64,000 nucleotides of DNA. Source: Felis catus. Taxonomy: Eukaryota. The position numbers and the translations under genes were made by a program. The notes beneath the pieces were generated by a model. That model was given only the letters and a program-made list of their open reading frames with translations, searched no databases and was not told where the DNA came from. The stretch is from positions 136,216,001 through 136,280,000 of the forward strand of contig NC_058368.1 of the NCBI RefSeq assembly GCF_018350175.1. Direction: 5' to 3'. Of the stretch, positions 1 through 13,242 are shown in pieces. The first letter of the stretch is position 1; each line of letters begins with the position of its first letter.

Positions 1-162
1 GGGGAGGGGCAGAGAGAGAGGGAGACACAGAACCTGAAGAAGGCTCCAGGCTCTGAGCTGTCAGCACAGAGCCTCATGTGACTGTGAGAAGCCTCATGGA
101 CTGTGAGATCATGACCTGAGCTGAAGTCGGACGCCCAACCGACTGAACCACCCAGGCGCCCC
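1..162 (-). mobile_element. CanSINE (partial, window edge)
   Basis: Reverse complement of the GGGGCGCCTGGGTGG head plus the (CT)n body. Confidence 0.9.
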
Positions 163-524
163 CATAGTCTTAAGGTTTAAAAGCAACCCTTGGGTCTATT
201 AAAGGAAGCCTTTCAATATTATAGCAATGCTATTTGCCTTTAGCAAACAGTTAAAAACTCAATTATAGTAAGATACACAAGTATAAACCACTAAAACTTT
301 AGATAAGTATAACCCTAAGAATAAACAAGTTAAATGCCAATCAGGAAATAATTGCTAACCTCTCATTTATCTAATAAATTTATCTAGCAGAGTATCTTGT
401 TTCCTTATGACATTTTCCCATCTTAATTTCTCATTAAGTGACTAATTAAAGCTTGTAATCTCTAGCTTTGATTACATTTCTACCAAATTTTAAATTGGAA
501 ATGAGGCTTAAAATTTTATTTCCA

Positions 525-745
525 GGGGTGCCTGGCTGGCTCAGTCAGTTAAGCGTCTGACTCTTGATTTTGGCTCAGGTCATGATGTCACAGTCATGAG
601 ATTGAGCCAGTCACGAGGTCAAGCCTCACATCAGACTTTGCGCTGTAGCTGGGAGCCTGCTTGGGATGCTCTTCCTCTGCCCCTCCCTTGCTCATGCTGA
701 CTTGTTCGCTCACTCTGTCTCTCAAAATGAACATTAAAAAAAAAT
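525..745 (+). mobile_element. CanSINE
   Basis: GGGGTGCCTGGCTGGCTCAGTCAGTTAAGCG tRNA-derived head, CT-rich body and A tail. Confidence 0.9.
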
Positions 746-1204
746 TTTATTTCCATGTTTCCTTCCCTTCTACAGATTAAAATTCTTGATTTCATATATT
801 TATTTCCAGAAGCTTTTAAAATTTTTTTCATAATCCTGTTCTTGTTTCATGAATGCCACATATTTTCATTTCTCTAAGGATGTTGCAGTTTATTCTGTTC
901 CTTTTACTACTGGTTTCTTCTGAGGTTTTCTTGGTTGAGGTGGGTATCTTTTTTTCATGCTGAAAACTTTCCTCAAATGCCTGTTGATCCTTGGCTATCC
1001 ATGTATATGTTAGAGAAAGTTTCTAAAATGTTGATTGGGAGCTTTTACAAGCTTAATGGATTATAGATAGATAGGACATGCCAATTTGGAGGTACACTGT
1101 AGATGCATTATTTTCTAAGGAATTTTTCCATTGGGGAACTTCAAATGTCACTGTTGATCTTTTCTGTTAAGTGTTAAGGTTTCTCTAGACTTCTATATAA
1201 ACTT

Positions 1205-1442
1205 TTATTTTTTTTTATTTAAAAAAAAATTTTTTTTTTCAACATTTATTTATTTTTGGGACAGAGAGAGACAGAGCATGAACGGGGGAGGGGCAGAGAG
1301 AGAGGGAGACACAGAATCGGAAACAGGCTCCAGGCTCTGAGCCATCAGCCCAGAGCCCGACGCGGGGCTCGAACTCACGGACCGCGAGATCGTGACCTGG
1401 CTGAAGTCGGACGCTTAACCAACTGTGCCACCCAGGCGCCCC
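1205..1442 (-). mobile_element. Young felid CanSINE (SINEC_Fc type) with TSD
   Basis: CpGs are intact. TSD CTATATAAACTT at 1193-1204 and 1443-1454. Confidence 0.93.
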
Positions 1443-2054
1443 CTATATAAACTTCTATATGGACTTGTAGATAAATGCTGGTAGCCAGCATTTGAGACCT
1501 TGGAGGAAAAAAGAAGGTGGGGAACAGGGTTTTCTTGATTTGGCCTCCAAACTTTTAATCTTTTTGATTTCAGTCTGGCACTTCACTCTTGTCTATTGTC
1601 CCTATATTTGAAATTTCTGAGATGGCAATTTCTCCAGAAAATTTCTCCTGGGCAAAGTGGGAATGGAAACCCAGGGTTCTAATTACTTCTAATACAGATT
1701 TCCAAGTAGTTCCACTGTTTCTTGGTCTCCACCGCTTCTCACATCCATCCACACCTTTCTCTGTTGCTGGTACCACCAATTTCTGAGCCTTGCAGGGATT
1801 TCTCGGAGGCAAACTGACTTGTTACTTGTTTTTATCTTCCACTGCAAGCACTTAGATTTCAGCTTCCTTTTTTCTGCTAAATTTATCATTCCTATTTTTG
1901 CTTACTGTCTTCACATGTGTCCTAGTTTAACTGAAGGTGGGATATGAATTCTTTTTTGTGCTCCTTTGTTGCTTTGGGATCATTTATGAGAGAAAGAGGT
2001 AAAAACATCTTTATTTCCATTATGAAAGCTGAAATATCATATTCCCTAAAGTAA

Positions 2055-2363
2055 AAAAGTAAACAACACTATGAACAACTCCACACCAACAAACTGGATA
2101 ACCTAGATGAAACGGGACAAATCCCTAGAAACAAAACCTACCAAGACTACATTGCAAGGAAATCGAAAACTTGAGAAGTGCCTGGGTGGCTCTGTCAGTT
2201 GAGAGTCTGGCTCTTGATTTTAGCTCAGGTCATGATCCCAGGGTCATTGGATCAAGCCCCGTGTTGGGATCCGCGCTGAGTGTGAAGCCTGCTTAAGATT
2301 TTCTCTCCTTCTGCCCCTCTCCTCTGCTCGTGGTGTCTCTCTCTCTCTCTCTCTCTCTAAAAC

Positions 2364-2399
<36 letters not shown>

Positions 2400-3835
2400 A
2401 ACAAACTCCAGACAAAATTTGAATAGATATACAGTAAAAAGATTGAATCAGTAATCAAAAACAAACTCCAGACAAAAACGACTTTGTGGCTTCAGTAATT
2501 CTACCAAACATTTAAAGAAGAACTAATACCAATCATTCTCAAACTTCTACAAAAAATTGATGAGAACACTTCCTGATGCTTTCTGAGGCCATTATCCTGA
2601 TTCCAAACCCAGACAATGACACAAGAACCTTACAGACCAATACCCTTATGTATGTTGATGCAAAATCCTCAATACAATACTGGTAAACTGAATTCAGCAC
2701 CATAATAAAAAGGATTATACACCATGACCAAGTGGGGCTTATTCCTGGAATGCAAAGATGATGGTTCAACATACCAAAACTGATCAATGAAATATACCAC
2801 ATTAACAGAATAAAGAAGAAAAAAAGACACACATGATCATTTCAAATGAAACAGAGAAACATTTCACAAAATTCAACACTCATTCATAATAAAAACAATC
2901 AACTAAGGATACAAGAAAACTACCTTAACATCATAAAGGCTGCATATGAAAAATGCACAGCAAACATCATACTCAGTGATGAAAGACTGAAAGTGTTTCC
3001 TCTGAAGATCAGGAACAAGGCAAGAAGGTCCACTTTTGCCACTGCTATTCACATAATGCTGGAAGTCCTAGCCAGAGCAATTAGGCAAAAATGAGAAATA
3101 AAAGGCATTCAAATTGGAAGGGAAGAAGTAAAATGATCTCTTTGCAGATGAGAAGTATGCAGAACATCCCTAAAGATCCACTCCCGCCAAAAAAACGTTG
3201 TTAGAATAAATGAATTCAGCAAAGTAGCAGGATACTGTTAGAATAAATGAATTCAGCAAAGTAGCAGGATACAAAGTCAACACACAAAGACCAATTGGAT
3301 TTTTATACACTAATAATGAACGAGTTGAAAAGGAAATTACAGAGACAATTTCCATTTGCAATAATATCAAAAATAATAAAATACCAAAAGCATAAAATAA
3401 GAATTAACCAAGGAGGTGTAAAACTTGTCCAGTGAAAACTACAAAACATTGCTGAAAGAAATTAAAGACACAAATACCTGGTAACACATTCCATGTCCAT
3501 GGACTGCAAAACTTAATACTGTTGTCAATATATTTAAAAAAAAAATTTTAATGTTTATTTCTGAGAGAGAGAGAGCGCGCTAGCATGTGTGGGGGAGGGG
3601 CAGAGAGCAAGGGAGACACAGAATCTGAAACAGGATCCAGGCTCTGAGCTGTCAGCACAGAGCCCGATGCGGGGCTCAAACTCACAAACTTTGAGGTCAT
3701 GACCTGAGCCAACCAGGAGCCCCATTAAGATGTCAATATTATCCAATGTGAACAGATTCAATGCAATCCCTATCAAAACCCCAATGACATTTTTTTTCAG
3801 AAACAGAAAAACCCATACTAAAATTAATACGGAAT
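2055..3835 (+). mobile_element. Old L1 ORF2 fragment interrupted by CanSINEs (2176-2400 +, ~3540-3723 -)
   Basis: A-rich sequence with broken ORF2p-like frames (YLNIIKAAYEKCTANIIL; RFNAIPIKTPMTFF). Confidence 0.88.
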
Positions 3836-4089
3836 CTCAAGAAGCCCACCCCAAAAAGCCAAAAACAAAAACGAAACACCTGAAAGAGAAGACAAAGCTG
3901 GAAGACTCATATAAGACCCAGCGCCAGAAGAGCAATGGACACAGGAGACACTGAAGAAATATTTGCTCAATGAATGAATAAATATGTATCTCCTTTAAAG
4001 AGTTTTGTTTCTCAGGACAGCTTAATTGCCTGTTCGGTTTCCAGCTCTCCTATAGGGATAAGATTTTTCAAGTGCCAGCCCCCCCCCCC

Positions 4090-4240
4090 TTTTTTTTAAA
4101 ATATGAAATTTATTGTCAAATTGGTTTCCATACAACACCTAGTGCTCAACCCAGTGCTTATTCTCAGTTTTTAAGAGTCTCTTATGGATTGGCTCTCTCC
4201 CTCTCTAACTTTTTTTTTCTTTTCCTTCCCCTCCCCCACA
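4090..4240 (-). mobile_element. Very short felid L1 3'-end fragment
   Basis: Poly-T followed by AAATTTATTGTCAAATTGGTTTCCATACAACAC...TTCTCAGTTTTTAAGAGTCTCTTATGG, which I recognise as a felid L1 3'UTR in antisense. Confidence 0.75.
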
Positions 4241-4329
4241 AGCCCCTTTCTATTAAGAGGGGAAGAAGAAAACAGCACGAGGAAAACCAACAGAAGCGAT
4301 TCCCAAGATACTGAACCTCACCTAGCCAG

Positions 4330-4930
4330 CACAGCGAGCAGTCAGGAGGGGCGGCAAGGGGAAGGTGGCTCCGCCTCCGGACCGCGGAACTCCCGCGCTC
4401 GCGAGGGGACAGGACCTCGCGGTGCTGCGCCTCTGTCGCTTATTGGCTGAGTTCGGGGGGCGTGGTGCGCAGCGTCGACCTTTTACGGCTGGCGAGCCCA
4501 CGCACGTGCCGTGGCTGGCCTGAGACTTTGGGGTGTTTCAGGCGGGTTGGGCTGTAAGGACGCGAGCTGAGCTGTACCCTGAATTAGGGAAGCCGGCTGG
4601 GAAATAACCAACTCTGAACCTGCGCGGGCCGCTCTGTTGCGCTAGTTCTTCGTTCCGGGCCGGCTGTCATGTGGGCTTCCCTGAGGTTAGCCCTGCGGCC
4701 GTGCGCGCGCGCCCTTGTCCCCGGGCCGCGCGCTTATCACGGGGACTCGGTGGCCACACTGGGTACCCAGCCGGACTCGGGTTCTGCCATCTACCAGGTA
4801 GGCTGCGCGAGCGCTCCGGCGGCCCGGGCCTGGAAACCCCTGACTGAGCCTGTGACTCCTCTTCCTGTGTCTGCCAATGTGGGCCGGACAGGACTAAACA
4901 CTGGCCGGACAAGGAAGCCGGTGAACTGTG
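4330..4930 (+). promoter_or_regulatory. CpG-island promoter of MCCC2
   Basis: Sharp rise in GC and CpG content against an AT-rich background. Contains an inverted CCAAT box (ATTGG 4442-4446), a GC box (GGGGCGTGG 4457-4465), an E-box (CACGTG 4503-4508) and the palindrome CTCGCGAG (4398-4405). No obvious TATA box. Encloses exon 1. Confidence 0.85.
4669..4797 (+). CDS. MCCC2: MCCC2 exon 1 (coding part, includes mitochondrial transit peptide)
   Basis: Encodes [43 protein letters not shown], with an Arg-rich, acid-free N-terminus. Donor CAG|GTAGGC at 4798, phase 0. Confidence 0.95.
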
Positions 4931-5085
4931 GACACACTTTAACAGCTCTGTTCTTTTCTCTGGAGCCTCCAGTCATGATTCTGGGACACAGTAGGGGTCG
5001 TGAAGTTTGCAGAGGAAGATAGTTCCAAATAAAATATATCTTAGTTCACTTTTAGCACTGGCGCTGTATTTTGTATCTCTGAAAT

Positions 5086-5253
5086 CACTGGTTCTCAAAA
5101 CCTGACTTAGCATTGTCAGCCGAGGAACTTGTTGAATATACGGCTGCGTTAAGCCCCGGCCTGGATCTTTGGGGTCTCTGGGGTGGGATCCTGGTGTTTG
5201 TCTTGTTAGTGAAGTCCTGAGGGCTTGGCTAAGTCCAGTTTTGGGAACCACTT
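5086..5253. mobile_element. MER5A-like hAT-Charlie MITE
   Basis: Degenerate TIRs CACTGGTTCTCAAA ... TTTGGGAACCACTT, about 170 bp. Confidence 0.65.
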
Positions 5254-6789
5254 GCCTGGTACAGATAGGGTTGTGCTTACCAGACTTTAGTTAAATAGTT
5301 GGTTATGTTAATAGAACATACTTATCGCACGCTGTCTTTGAATAACCCTTTCTTGGAATTGGGAGGTATAACAGCGTCACAGAAACAGCTTGTGAAATTT
5401 CAAAGCCGGGAGATTCCACCCTATCCCATGGTTTCTGAGGTTATACAGATAACATTTAAGTTGTACAAGTAACTTTCAGAAAAGACATTTTAAACAGTTT
5501 CCTTACATCGAAAGAAAATAAGCAGGCTGAAGCAAACAGTATCCAGTGAGAGGGTTCCTAAAGTCTAGATTTTCTGGGGTCGGGAGAGAACTGTTTAATT
5601 CAGAAATATTAAGTGGTTTCTTTGGTTTAGGCAGTATGTTAGGTACTTGGTATAGGTCATAATTTTGTGGGGAAGGTGAACAAGAAAGCATGTACTTACA
5701 GTGCATTGTGGTAAGTGGTATCTAAAACTTGAAAAAGGTGGTTACAGAAAGCCACAGATACAAAGTAATGAGTGAGTTGGATCTTGATTGTTGTTGGGTC
5801 AGAGCTGGCCAGGTTCAGGGTGGAGAAGGAGAGGCAAGTCTGTACAAACTACGGAAGTTATGAGAACATAGATAACCAAGTTCTGAAAGCATATAGAGGG
5901 CATGAGGACTTAGAAGTAATGACTAGGGAATGGAATTGATGGAGTCGATGAATTCATGGAGTAGATGAGATTAAATAGTGGAGCGTCTTGCATGCTGAAG
6001 CCACCTTCGGATTTCATTTTGCAGGCTGTCTGCTAAGATATTTAAGTAGGGAAGTGGCAAAATCCTATGGGATGTGATCGAATCATTAGTGTGGTGGCAG
6101 TATGGAGGAGAGGCTTGTTTCTGTTTTGAATATGACTTCTTGGCTGGGTGTTCTTCTGGTTGCTGTAGGCTTTTGACATTTTCCAGAGTTTCTGTAAGGT
6201 TATTTTAGCCAGTTTTTGGTTGTTTGAGCCTGTCTCTGTGGGAGAATGAGGGCCTGGAGCTTCCTGGTCTGCCATCTTTTTGGCTTTAGGTCCAGGCCTG
6301 TGTTTTGTTTTGTTTTGCTTTTTTAATGTTTATTCATTTTTGAAGGAGACAGAGACAGAGTGTGAACGGGGAAGGGGCAGAGAGAGAGGGAGACAGAATC
6401 TGAAGCATGCTCCAGGCTCAGTTGACAGCACAGAGCCCGAAGTCACGAACTGCATGATCATGACCTGAGCCGAAGTTGGAGGCTTAACTGACTGAGCCAT
6501 CCAGGCGCCCCGAGGCCTACATTTTTGATGGTGGCTGTTAGCTAGGGGTTTGGGGGTATAGGCCTGAGCATATAACTTCTTTCTCTGTGTAAAATGTTTA
6601 ATGTTCTGGTCCGGTCTGTGCACTAGTAATTAGAATACGGGAGTAGTTGTGGTATGATGGGAAAGGTCTTAGTCTAGTATTTCATGTATGTTAAAAACTA
6701 AAAAATAACATATTTCCATGGAGAGGAAAAAAAAAAAAACAGGAGGGAAATAAGCTAAAGTGTTAACAGTGGCCCTGTGAGTGGGCAAA

Positions 6790-7030
6790 GACAGTGTGGC
6801 ATAATGGTTTAAGAGCAGGTTCTGGAACTAGTGAGCCTTGGCTTAAATCCTGGCTCTACTACTTGTTAGCTGAGTGATTTTGGACTAGTTACTTAACCTC
6901 TCTGTACCTCAGTTACCTCAATTGTATAATAGCATTAATAACTGTGCATATCTTATAGAACCATCAGGACAATTAGTGGCTGCCTGTAACATTGCCTGGG
7001 ACATAATAAGCCCTCAAGAAGTATTAGCTC
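6790..7030 (+). mobile_element. MIR
   Basis: MIR core TTAAATCCTGGCTCTACTACTTGTTAGCTGAGTGA...TTACTTAACCTCTCTGTACCTCAGTT. Confidence 0.8.
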
Positions 7031-8409
7031 TCGCAACTTTTCCTTCCCTCCGTGATGTCATCTCAGGATCTGTTTAGCCAGCTTTTCGCTTCAGTAATGC
7101 TGTATAGCAAACAATCCCAAGATCTCTGTGTCCAAAAGAACAGATATTTATTTTTTGCTCTGGGATCAGGGTTGGTTGTGGTGGTTCTTCTCTGGGCAGC
7201 ATACCAGATTCAGGTCTGCTGTATTTGTTTTTTATTCCCAAACTCAGACCGAAGGGGCAGTGGCTGCCGAGGGATGCTTCTCTCATAATGGAAGGCTGGG
7301 GTTCAAGACGGGACTATGGAAACACTGTCCCTCTTAGAGCCTTTGCTTGCATTTGGTACACTGTCACCCTTGCCCACATTCCACTGGTCAAAGCAAGTAA
7401 AAGGGACAGACTCATAGACTGTGGGTGGGGACAGATAATCTCACACTGAACCTTGGCAAGGATGAGAGGGACAGAAGAATTTTGAATAAGTAGTACATTC
7501 TGTCTCATGCTGTAGAGGTTGCCACATAAGCTCCACCTATTATGTCTGAGTTCAGGGACAAAGAGGAGGAAGGGAGAGTAGGTGAAAGGACACCCTCACC
7601 TGTTTGTTTTCTTTTTAAGAAGGCTTTCTACAAGTCATGCCTAACAACTTCTGCCTCTATTTCATTGGTTAGAATTTAGTCACATGGCCACACTTGTCTA
7701 CAAAAGGAGGCTACGATGTTTTACTTTTCCAGCAAGGCATGTTGTTACCTTGAATAAAACTGGGATTTCATCATTAAGAAGGATGGAAGAATGGATATGG
7801 ATAAGCAGCTCTACGTGTCTGCCACAGATAAACGGTAGAGAGAGAGTGGATGTGTTCTTACGTTGGATGTTAAAAGATTTCACTTAGGTGTATCCTTGTC
7901 TTCTGGGGCCACCAGCTACAAGTAGTAAACTTTAAGGCAAACAAAAACCCACAAGAGGGGAACAAAAAATAAAGCCATGCCTTGGGTGGGAGATGGCACC
8001 TAGGAGCCCTGGCCACAGTCTGGTTTCTCTCTGTCCAGTTTTCCTAGTGACTAGGAATCCAAACTGCCTGCTGTCACTTCTCATGGCCATATGCTTCAGA
8101 AAGCCTTGGCAATTGGTGACAATTTCCTTTATTTCTTAATTGGAAGACTGGCTTAGCTAGGATAAAGATCCCTTGTATAAGTAGCTTTAGGTTTGATTGA
8201 CTTTGTTCTAAATTGGTCAATGTCATAGGCTATAGCAATTGTACCTTGGGTTTCAGCCCACTTTAGTAGAGAATTACTTGTTTTCTCTGTGTGTATGGAA
8301 CTACTCATCAATTCTGAACTTTGGTGCCTGTGGTTTGCAAAGTTGACAGAAGACTGGGAGGTAGAATGCAGGTGGAGGGGCATCAGCTAATTATTATTTT
8401 TTTTCACTT

Positions 8410-8765
8410 TAAAAAAATTTAGAGAAAGAGGGACAGAGGGAGAATCTTTTTCTTTCTTTTTTAAAAATATTTATTTTAGAGAGAGAGAGGGAGAATGCAA
8501 GTTGGGGAGGGACAGAGAGAAAGGGAAACACAGAGTCCAAAGCAGACTCCAGGCTCTAAACTGTCCTCACAGAACCCAATACAGAGCTCAAACTCATGAA
8601 CTGTGAGATCCTGACCTGAGCCAAAGTCCGACGGACGCTCAACCAGCTGAGCCACCCAGATGCCCTGCAGAAGGAGAATCTTAAGTGGCAAGTGGAGCCC
8701 CACTCGGGGCTTGATCCTACAACCCTGGGATCATGACCTGAGCCCAAACCAAGAGTCGGATGCTA
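8410..8765 (-). mobile_element. CanSINE nested inside an older CanSINE
   Basis: The inner copy is flanked by TSD GGAGAATCTT (8439-8448 and 8673-8682). The outer SINE resumes after it. Confidence 0.8.
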
Positions 8766-9620
8766 GTATTTTCTTCAAAATAATTCAGGGTGGGGGCAAA
8801 AATAAAAAAACTTGGGCCATTGTGGATAATTGTTGAAGGACTTTGGCTACATTTATTATACTAATCTTTTTTGCTTTTGTATATGTTTGAAAATTTCCAT
8901 GAAACAAAGTTAAGTTTCTTCTATTTTTAATTTTTATGTTGATTTATTTTTGAGACAGACACAGAGCATGAGTGGGGGAGGGGCAGAGAGAGAGGGAAAC
9001 ACAGAATCTGAAGCAGCCTCCAGGCTCTGAGCTGTCAGCACAGAGCCTGACACGGGGCTCAAACTCATGAACCATGAGATCATGACCTAAGCTGAAGTTG
9101 GACACTTGACTGACTGAGCCACCCAGGTGCCCCTAAATTTCTTTTATTAACAACAATGACAAACCCCATTAAAGAGGAGCTGAACATGTTAGAGAAATCC
9201 CTGCCCCTTCACTTTGCCATACTGTAACCTGTCTATTCATTTTCTAGTGCTGTTGAGCTAAATAAGTTAGGACTGAGAAGGAGATAGTATGTCATAATGA
9301 CTGGACGGACTTGTTTGAGAATTAGCTGCAAATAATGTCACTGGAAAAACTTTTTTTTCTTCATCCTATCAATTTTAAACTAACAATATAAGCTTACTCC
9401 AAGGTAAATGTGTTAGCTTTTCACATACCTTGCTGAGACAGTAGGTATTCAGATTTTTTTTTCCCATTAGCACCAAATTCCTTTTATTGAACTTGGAGTC
9501 ACATGTTGAACAATATATGTGGCTTCTCTTTTCTTTCCTACAGTGTATTTTTCAGATTATCTTTTAACCTGACTACTAGAAAGTGAAGAGACACAAGGGT
9601 TAACAGTTTGGATGAGGTTC

Positions 9621-10080
9621 TTTTTTTTTTTTTTAATTTTTTTTTTCAACGTTTATTTATTTTTGGGACAGAGAGAGACAGAGCATGAACAGGGGAGGGG
9701 CAGAGAGAGAGGGAGACACAGAATCAGAAACAGGCTCCAGGCTCTGAGCCATCAGCCCAGAGCCTGACGCGGGGCTCGAACTCACGGACCACGAGATCGT
9801 GACCTGGCTGAAGTCGGCCGCTTAACCGACTGCGCCACCCAGGCACCCCAAAATTTTTTTTACACTTATTTATTTATTTTTTTTTTTGAGAGACAGAGAC
9901 GAAGTGTGAGTAGGGGAGGGGCAGAGAGAGAGGGAGACACAGAATCAGAAGCAGGCTTCAGGCTCCAAGCTCCAAGCTGTCAGCACAGAGCCCGATGCGG
10001 GGCTCGAACCCACGAACCGTGAGATCATGACCTGAGCCGAAGTCGGATGCTTAACCGTCTGAGCCACCCAGGCTCCTCCA
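9621..10080 (-). mobile_element. Two CanSINEs (young copy in the tail of an older copy)
   Basis: Outer TSD TTGGATGAGGTTC at 9608-9620 and 10081-10093. Confidence 0.9.
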
Positions 10081-11974
10081 TTGGATGAGGTTCTTTTTCA
10101 GAAATTCCTTAAGCTCAACAGTGAGCACATCTTTTGTTGAATAACCTTAGAATCACATGCTGAGAGTGGCAGAGAGAGAGTGAAATTCCAAACAGTGGAG
10201 CATTTGAGAAGGCTGCCTATCCTCATGAAGGCCCTTCACCATCGTGGGGATTCTTGAGATCAAGGTTTCTAAGTGGCTGCTGGCTGGCTCAGTCAGTAGA
10301 GCGTGTGACTCTTGATCTTGGGGTCATGAGTTCTGGCCCTATGTTGGGCATAGAGCTTACTTAAAAAAAAAAAGGTATCTTACACATTTATGAGGTGGAT
10401 TTTTAACCTTAGAATAAAGGTAGAAGTGACAAGTTAGACTTTAAGCACAAAACCAGCAAAAAATATTTACTTGTTGCAGTAAAACAATCTGCTTTCCTTT
10501 CCACTTAGCAACATAGTAATCAGATCTTTTCCTCACCCTGTGTGTTCAGCAGCACCAAGTGGGTGCGCAGGGCCTGAGACCAGAGTAGCACCCAGCCCTG
10601 AGCCACAGAGCTGCAGCGCAGGGTCGGGTGAGAGAGTCCATAGAGAAGATGCCCTTTAGCTACAGATAGGAGTTGGCCACCAACTCCGTCCCCCGGAGCT
10701 TCCTTACCACCGTTTTGTTCATACAAGGAGGTCTTCCCCTTACAAATTCCCTCTGCTGCGTCTCTCGCAGACGACAAAGGAGTTCAGGACGCAGCTCCTG
10801 CTTACTAGCAGTAGTTCTCAGCCTAGGAGGCTGTCAGTACCGAGGTTGGATGTTAGGTTTTGAAAGGCTGCTCGGTCTCCTCATACACGTCAGGTGGCAT
10901 TACACACGTTGCTCTAATGCCATCTCTTGGTGATGGGCTGAACAGACACGCTCCAGTGCAGAGCTTTGTTTCTGTCTGAGGCAATTCATGAAGTTGGGAG
11001 TTTCTGACTTTGCTAACTGTGAATAAGAAGGATCTCTAACCTAGGCTTTGTAGTAGAGCGAAATTCTCAGCTTCCACTGCCTCATGCTCTTAATATCAGC
11101 AAATACTATGGTAATCTGAAAAAATTCTGGTGATAAAAGAACCCTTTGCCTATTACCAAACCCCCCTTTTGGTAGGTTTCCAATTTGCCTTGAGGGTAAC
11201 TCAGAAATGGAGACTATGGGCCAGTGTTCCTCTGTTTTTGGTTGGATATTTAAATCGCTTGGGGAACCTTTATGGTGCTTAATGCCCAGGCCACATTTGT
11301 AACCAATGACATCAGAATCTCTGAGGGTTTATTTTTATTTTTCAGAGCTTCCTAATGATTCCAATGTCTGTCAAGGTTGGGAAACAACGTTCTAGGCGAG
11401 TTACGGAGTTCTGTTCCCACAGGTTGTCTGCCGTAGGACAGGGCTCGGGAGACCTAGCAGGGAAGTCATCACAGGGCTAGCAGGCAGAGATGGTTCTGAG
11501 GTTGGGACCTCCCTGATCCAGGGCAGACGTTCTTTCCCTAACAATCTGCTGCTTCTCCCTTTTTTATTTTCTGCATTTTGCAGAGCAAGAGAATGTAGCG
11601 GAAACCTTGAGCTTGGGAGCTCTTAGAGCTGTAGAAAATAAATAATAGAGCTCTGTTGTAAACACGGTATATTCTTCTAATTTTGAACAGCTGGCAAGCT
11701 GCTTAGTATTGCATCATGTAAAAGGAATTAGATCATCAGAGATGTTAAAGACATCGTGGGGAGCAAAATGTATTAGTGGGTTAAACTCTGAATTTTCACA
11801 AAAACTAGCTACTTAATTCTTGGTCTAAAGTAATATACTGATCAAACAAAATTTACAGAAGGTGAAAAACTAGGCCCTGTACCCTTTTCCACCTCTCACA
11901 GTTTATATTTTCTTGTATGTTACTCTAGAAAATTTCTAAAGACGTGCAAACATAGAGTTTTGTTCCTTTTTATT

Positions 11975-12534
11975 TATTTATAAAAATTTTTTTTTAGTGT
12001 TTACCTTTGAGAGGGGGGGGGAGGGGCAGAGAGAGAGGGAGACAGAATCTGAAGCAGGCTCCAGGCTCTGAGCTGTCAGCCCAGAGCCCAACACGGCACT
12101 CGAACTCGGAACCCATGAGATCGTGACCTGAGCTGAAGTCAGACGCTTAATTGACTGAGCCACCCAGGTGGCTCTTGTTCCTTTTTAAATATAAAATAGG
12201 ATCTGTTGTGTTTCCTGGGCTCTGTTTTTAAGTGTAATTTGTCAGTTAGCAAGTGTTTTATTTTAATGTTTACTTATTTAAAAAAATTTTTTTAATGTTT
12301 TATTATTTTTGAGAGACAGAGAGAAAGAGTAGGAGAGGGGCAGAACAAGAAGGAGACACAGAATCTGAAGCAGGCTCCAGGCTCTGAGCTGTCAGCGCAG
12401 AGCCTGACACGGGCTTGAACTCACAAACTGTGAGATCATGACCTGAGCCGAAGTTGGATGCTTAACCGACTGAGCCACCCAGGGGCCCCTTATTTATTTA
12501 TTTTGAGAGAGAGTGAGCATTTGAGCAGGGAAGG

Positions 12535-12570
<36 letters not shown>

Positions 12571-12707
12571 GACCAAAAATCCCAAGCAGCTTTTGCAAAG
12601 TTAGTGAAGAGGGTGATGTGGGGCTTGAACCCACGAACTGTGAGATCATGCCTTGAGATGATATCAAGAGTCAGATGCTCAACTGACTGAACCACCCAGG
12701 TACCCCC
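11975..12707 (-). mobile_element. Cluster of three CanSINEs
   Basis: Three antisense CanSINE bodies ending in CACCCAGG at about 12170, 12490 and 12707. Confidence 0.88.
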
Positions 12708-13175
12708 AAGTATTTCCGCATTGGTTGGAAACTTCTTAGGGCAGTGATTGATGGGACAGAAAAAGGAAGATGACATTTTAATTCTCAAAGGGCTTATATT
12801 CCTTAAAATAGGAAAACAAATAGAAATGAATTAAGTTTGGTTAATGCTGAAGGAAGAAAGATGGTAAATGAGTAGGAGTGACCAGAAATGAGAGGTGTTA
12901 CAGATGAGAGGGAACACGAATTGATCTCTAAAGAGGGGTAATATTAGGATTGATGGACTGGAGAGGGAAGGTGGTAGTGAAGGGGAGCTTGGGCAGAGGT
13001 GCAGAGGCAGGAGTCATCCTTTTCATCTGATGGAGTGACCACATGGAGGCCACATGGGTAGGTGTGAGGCCACATGCGGTGACACATGATGTTCACATTA
13101 GCCCTTACTTTGGTTAAAAAAAAAAAAGATAATTGCTTTCTAATATTACTCTCCCTTTCTTTGCTTCTGTTTTAG

Positions 13176-13242
13176 GAAAACTATGAACAGATGAAAGTAC
13201 TTGTAAATCAGCTCCATGAACGAGCACAGAAAATAAGATTAG
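13176..13242 (+). CDS. MCCC2: MCCC2 exon 2
   Basis: Pyrimidine tract plus TTTAG acceptor. Encodes ENYEQMKVLVNQLHERAQKIRL(G). Donor G|GTAAAC. 67 nt. Confidence 0.93.

Noticed and set aside
525..620. tRNA-like A/B-box sequence as a tRNA gene
   Set aside because: It is the tRNA-derived head of a CanSINE, followed by the SINE body and tail.
4669..5022. 117-aa ORF as a standalone gene
   Set aside because: It is MCCC2 exon 1 read through the donor at 4798 into intron 1; recognisable similarity ends at residue 43.
10669..10687. Hairpin GGAGTTGG-CCA-CCAACTCC
   Set aside because: An 8-bp stem is expected by chance in 64 kb, and there is no supporting ncRNA context.
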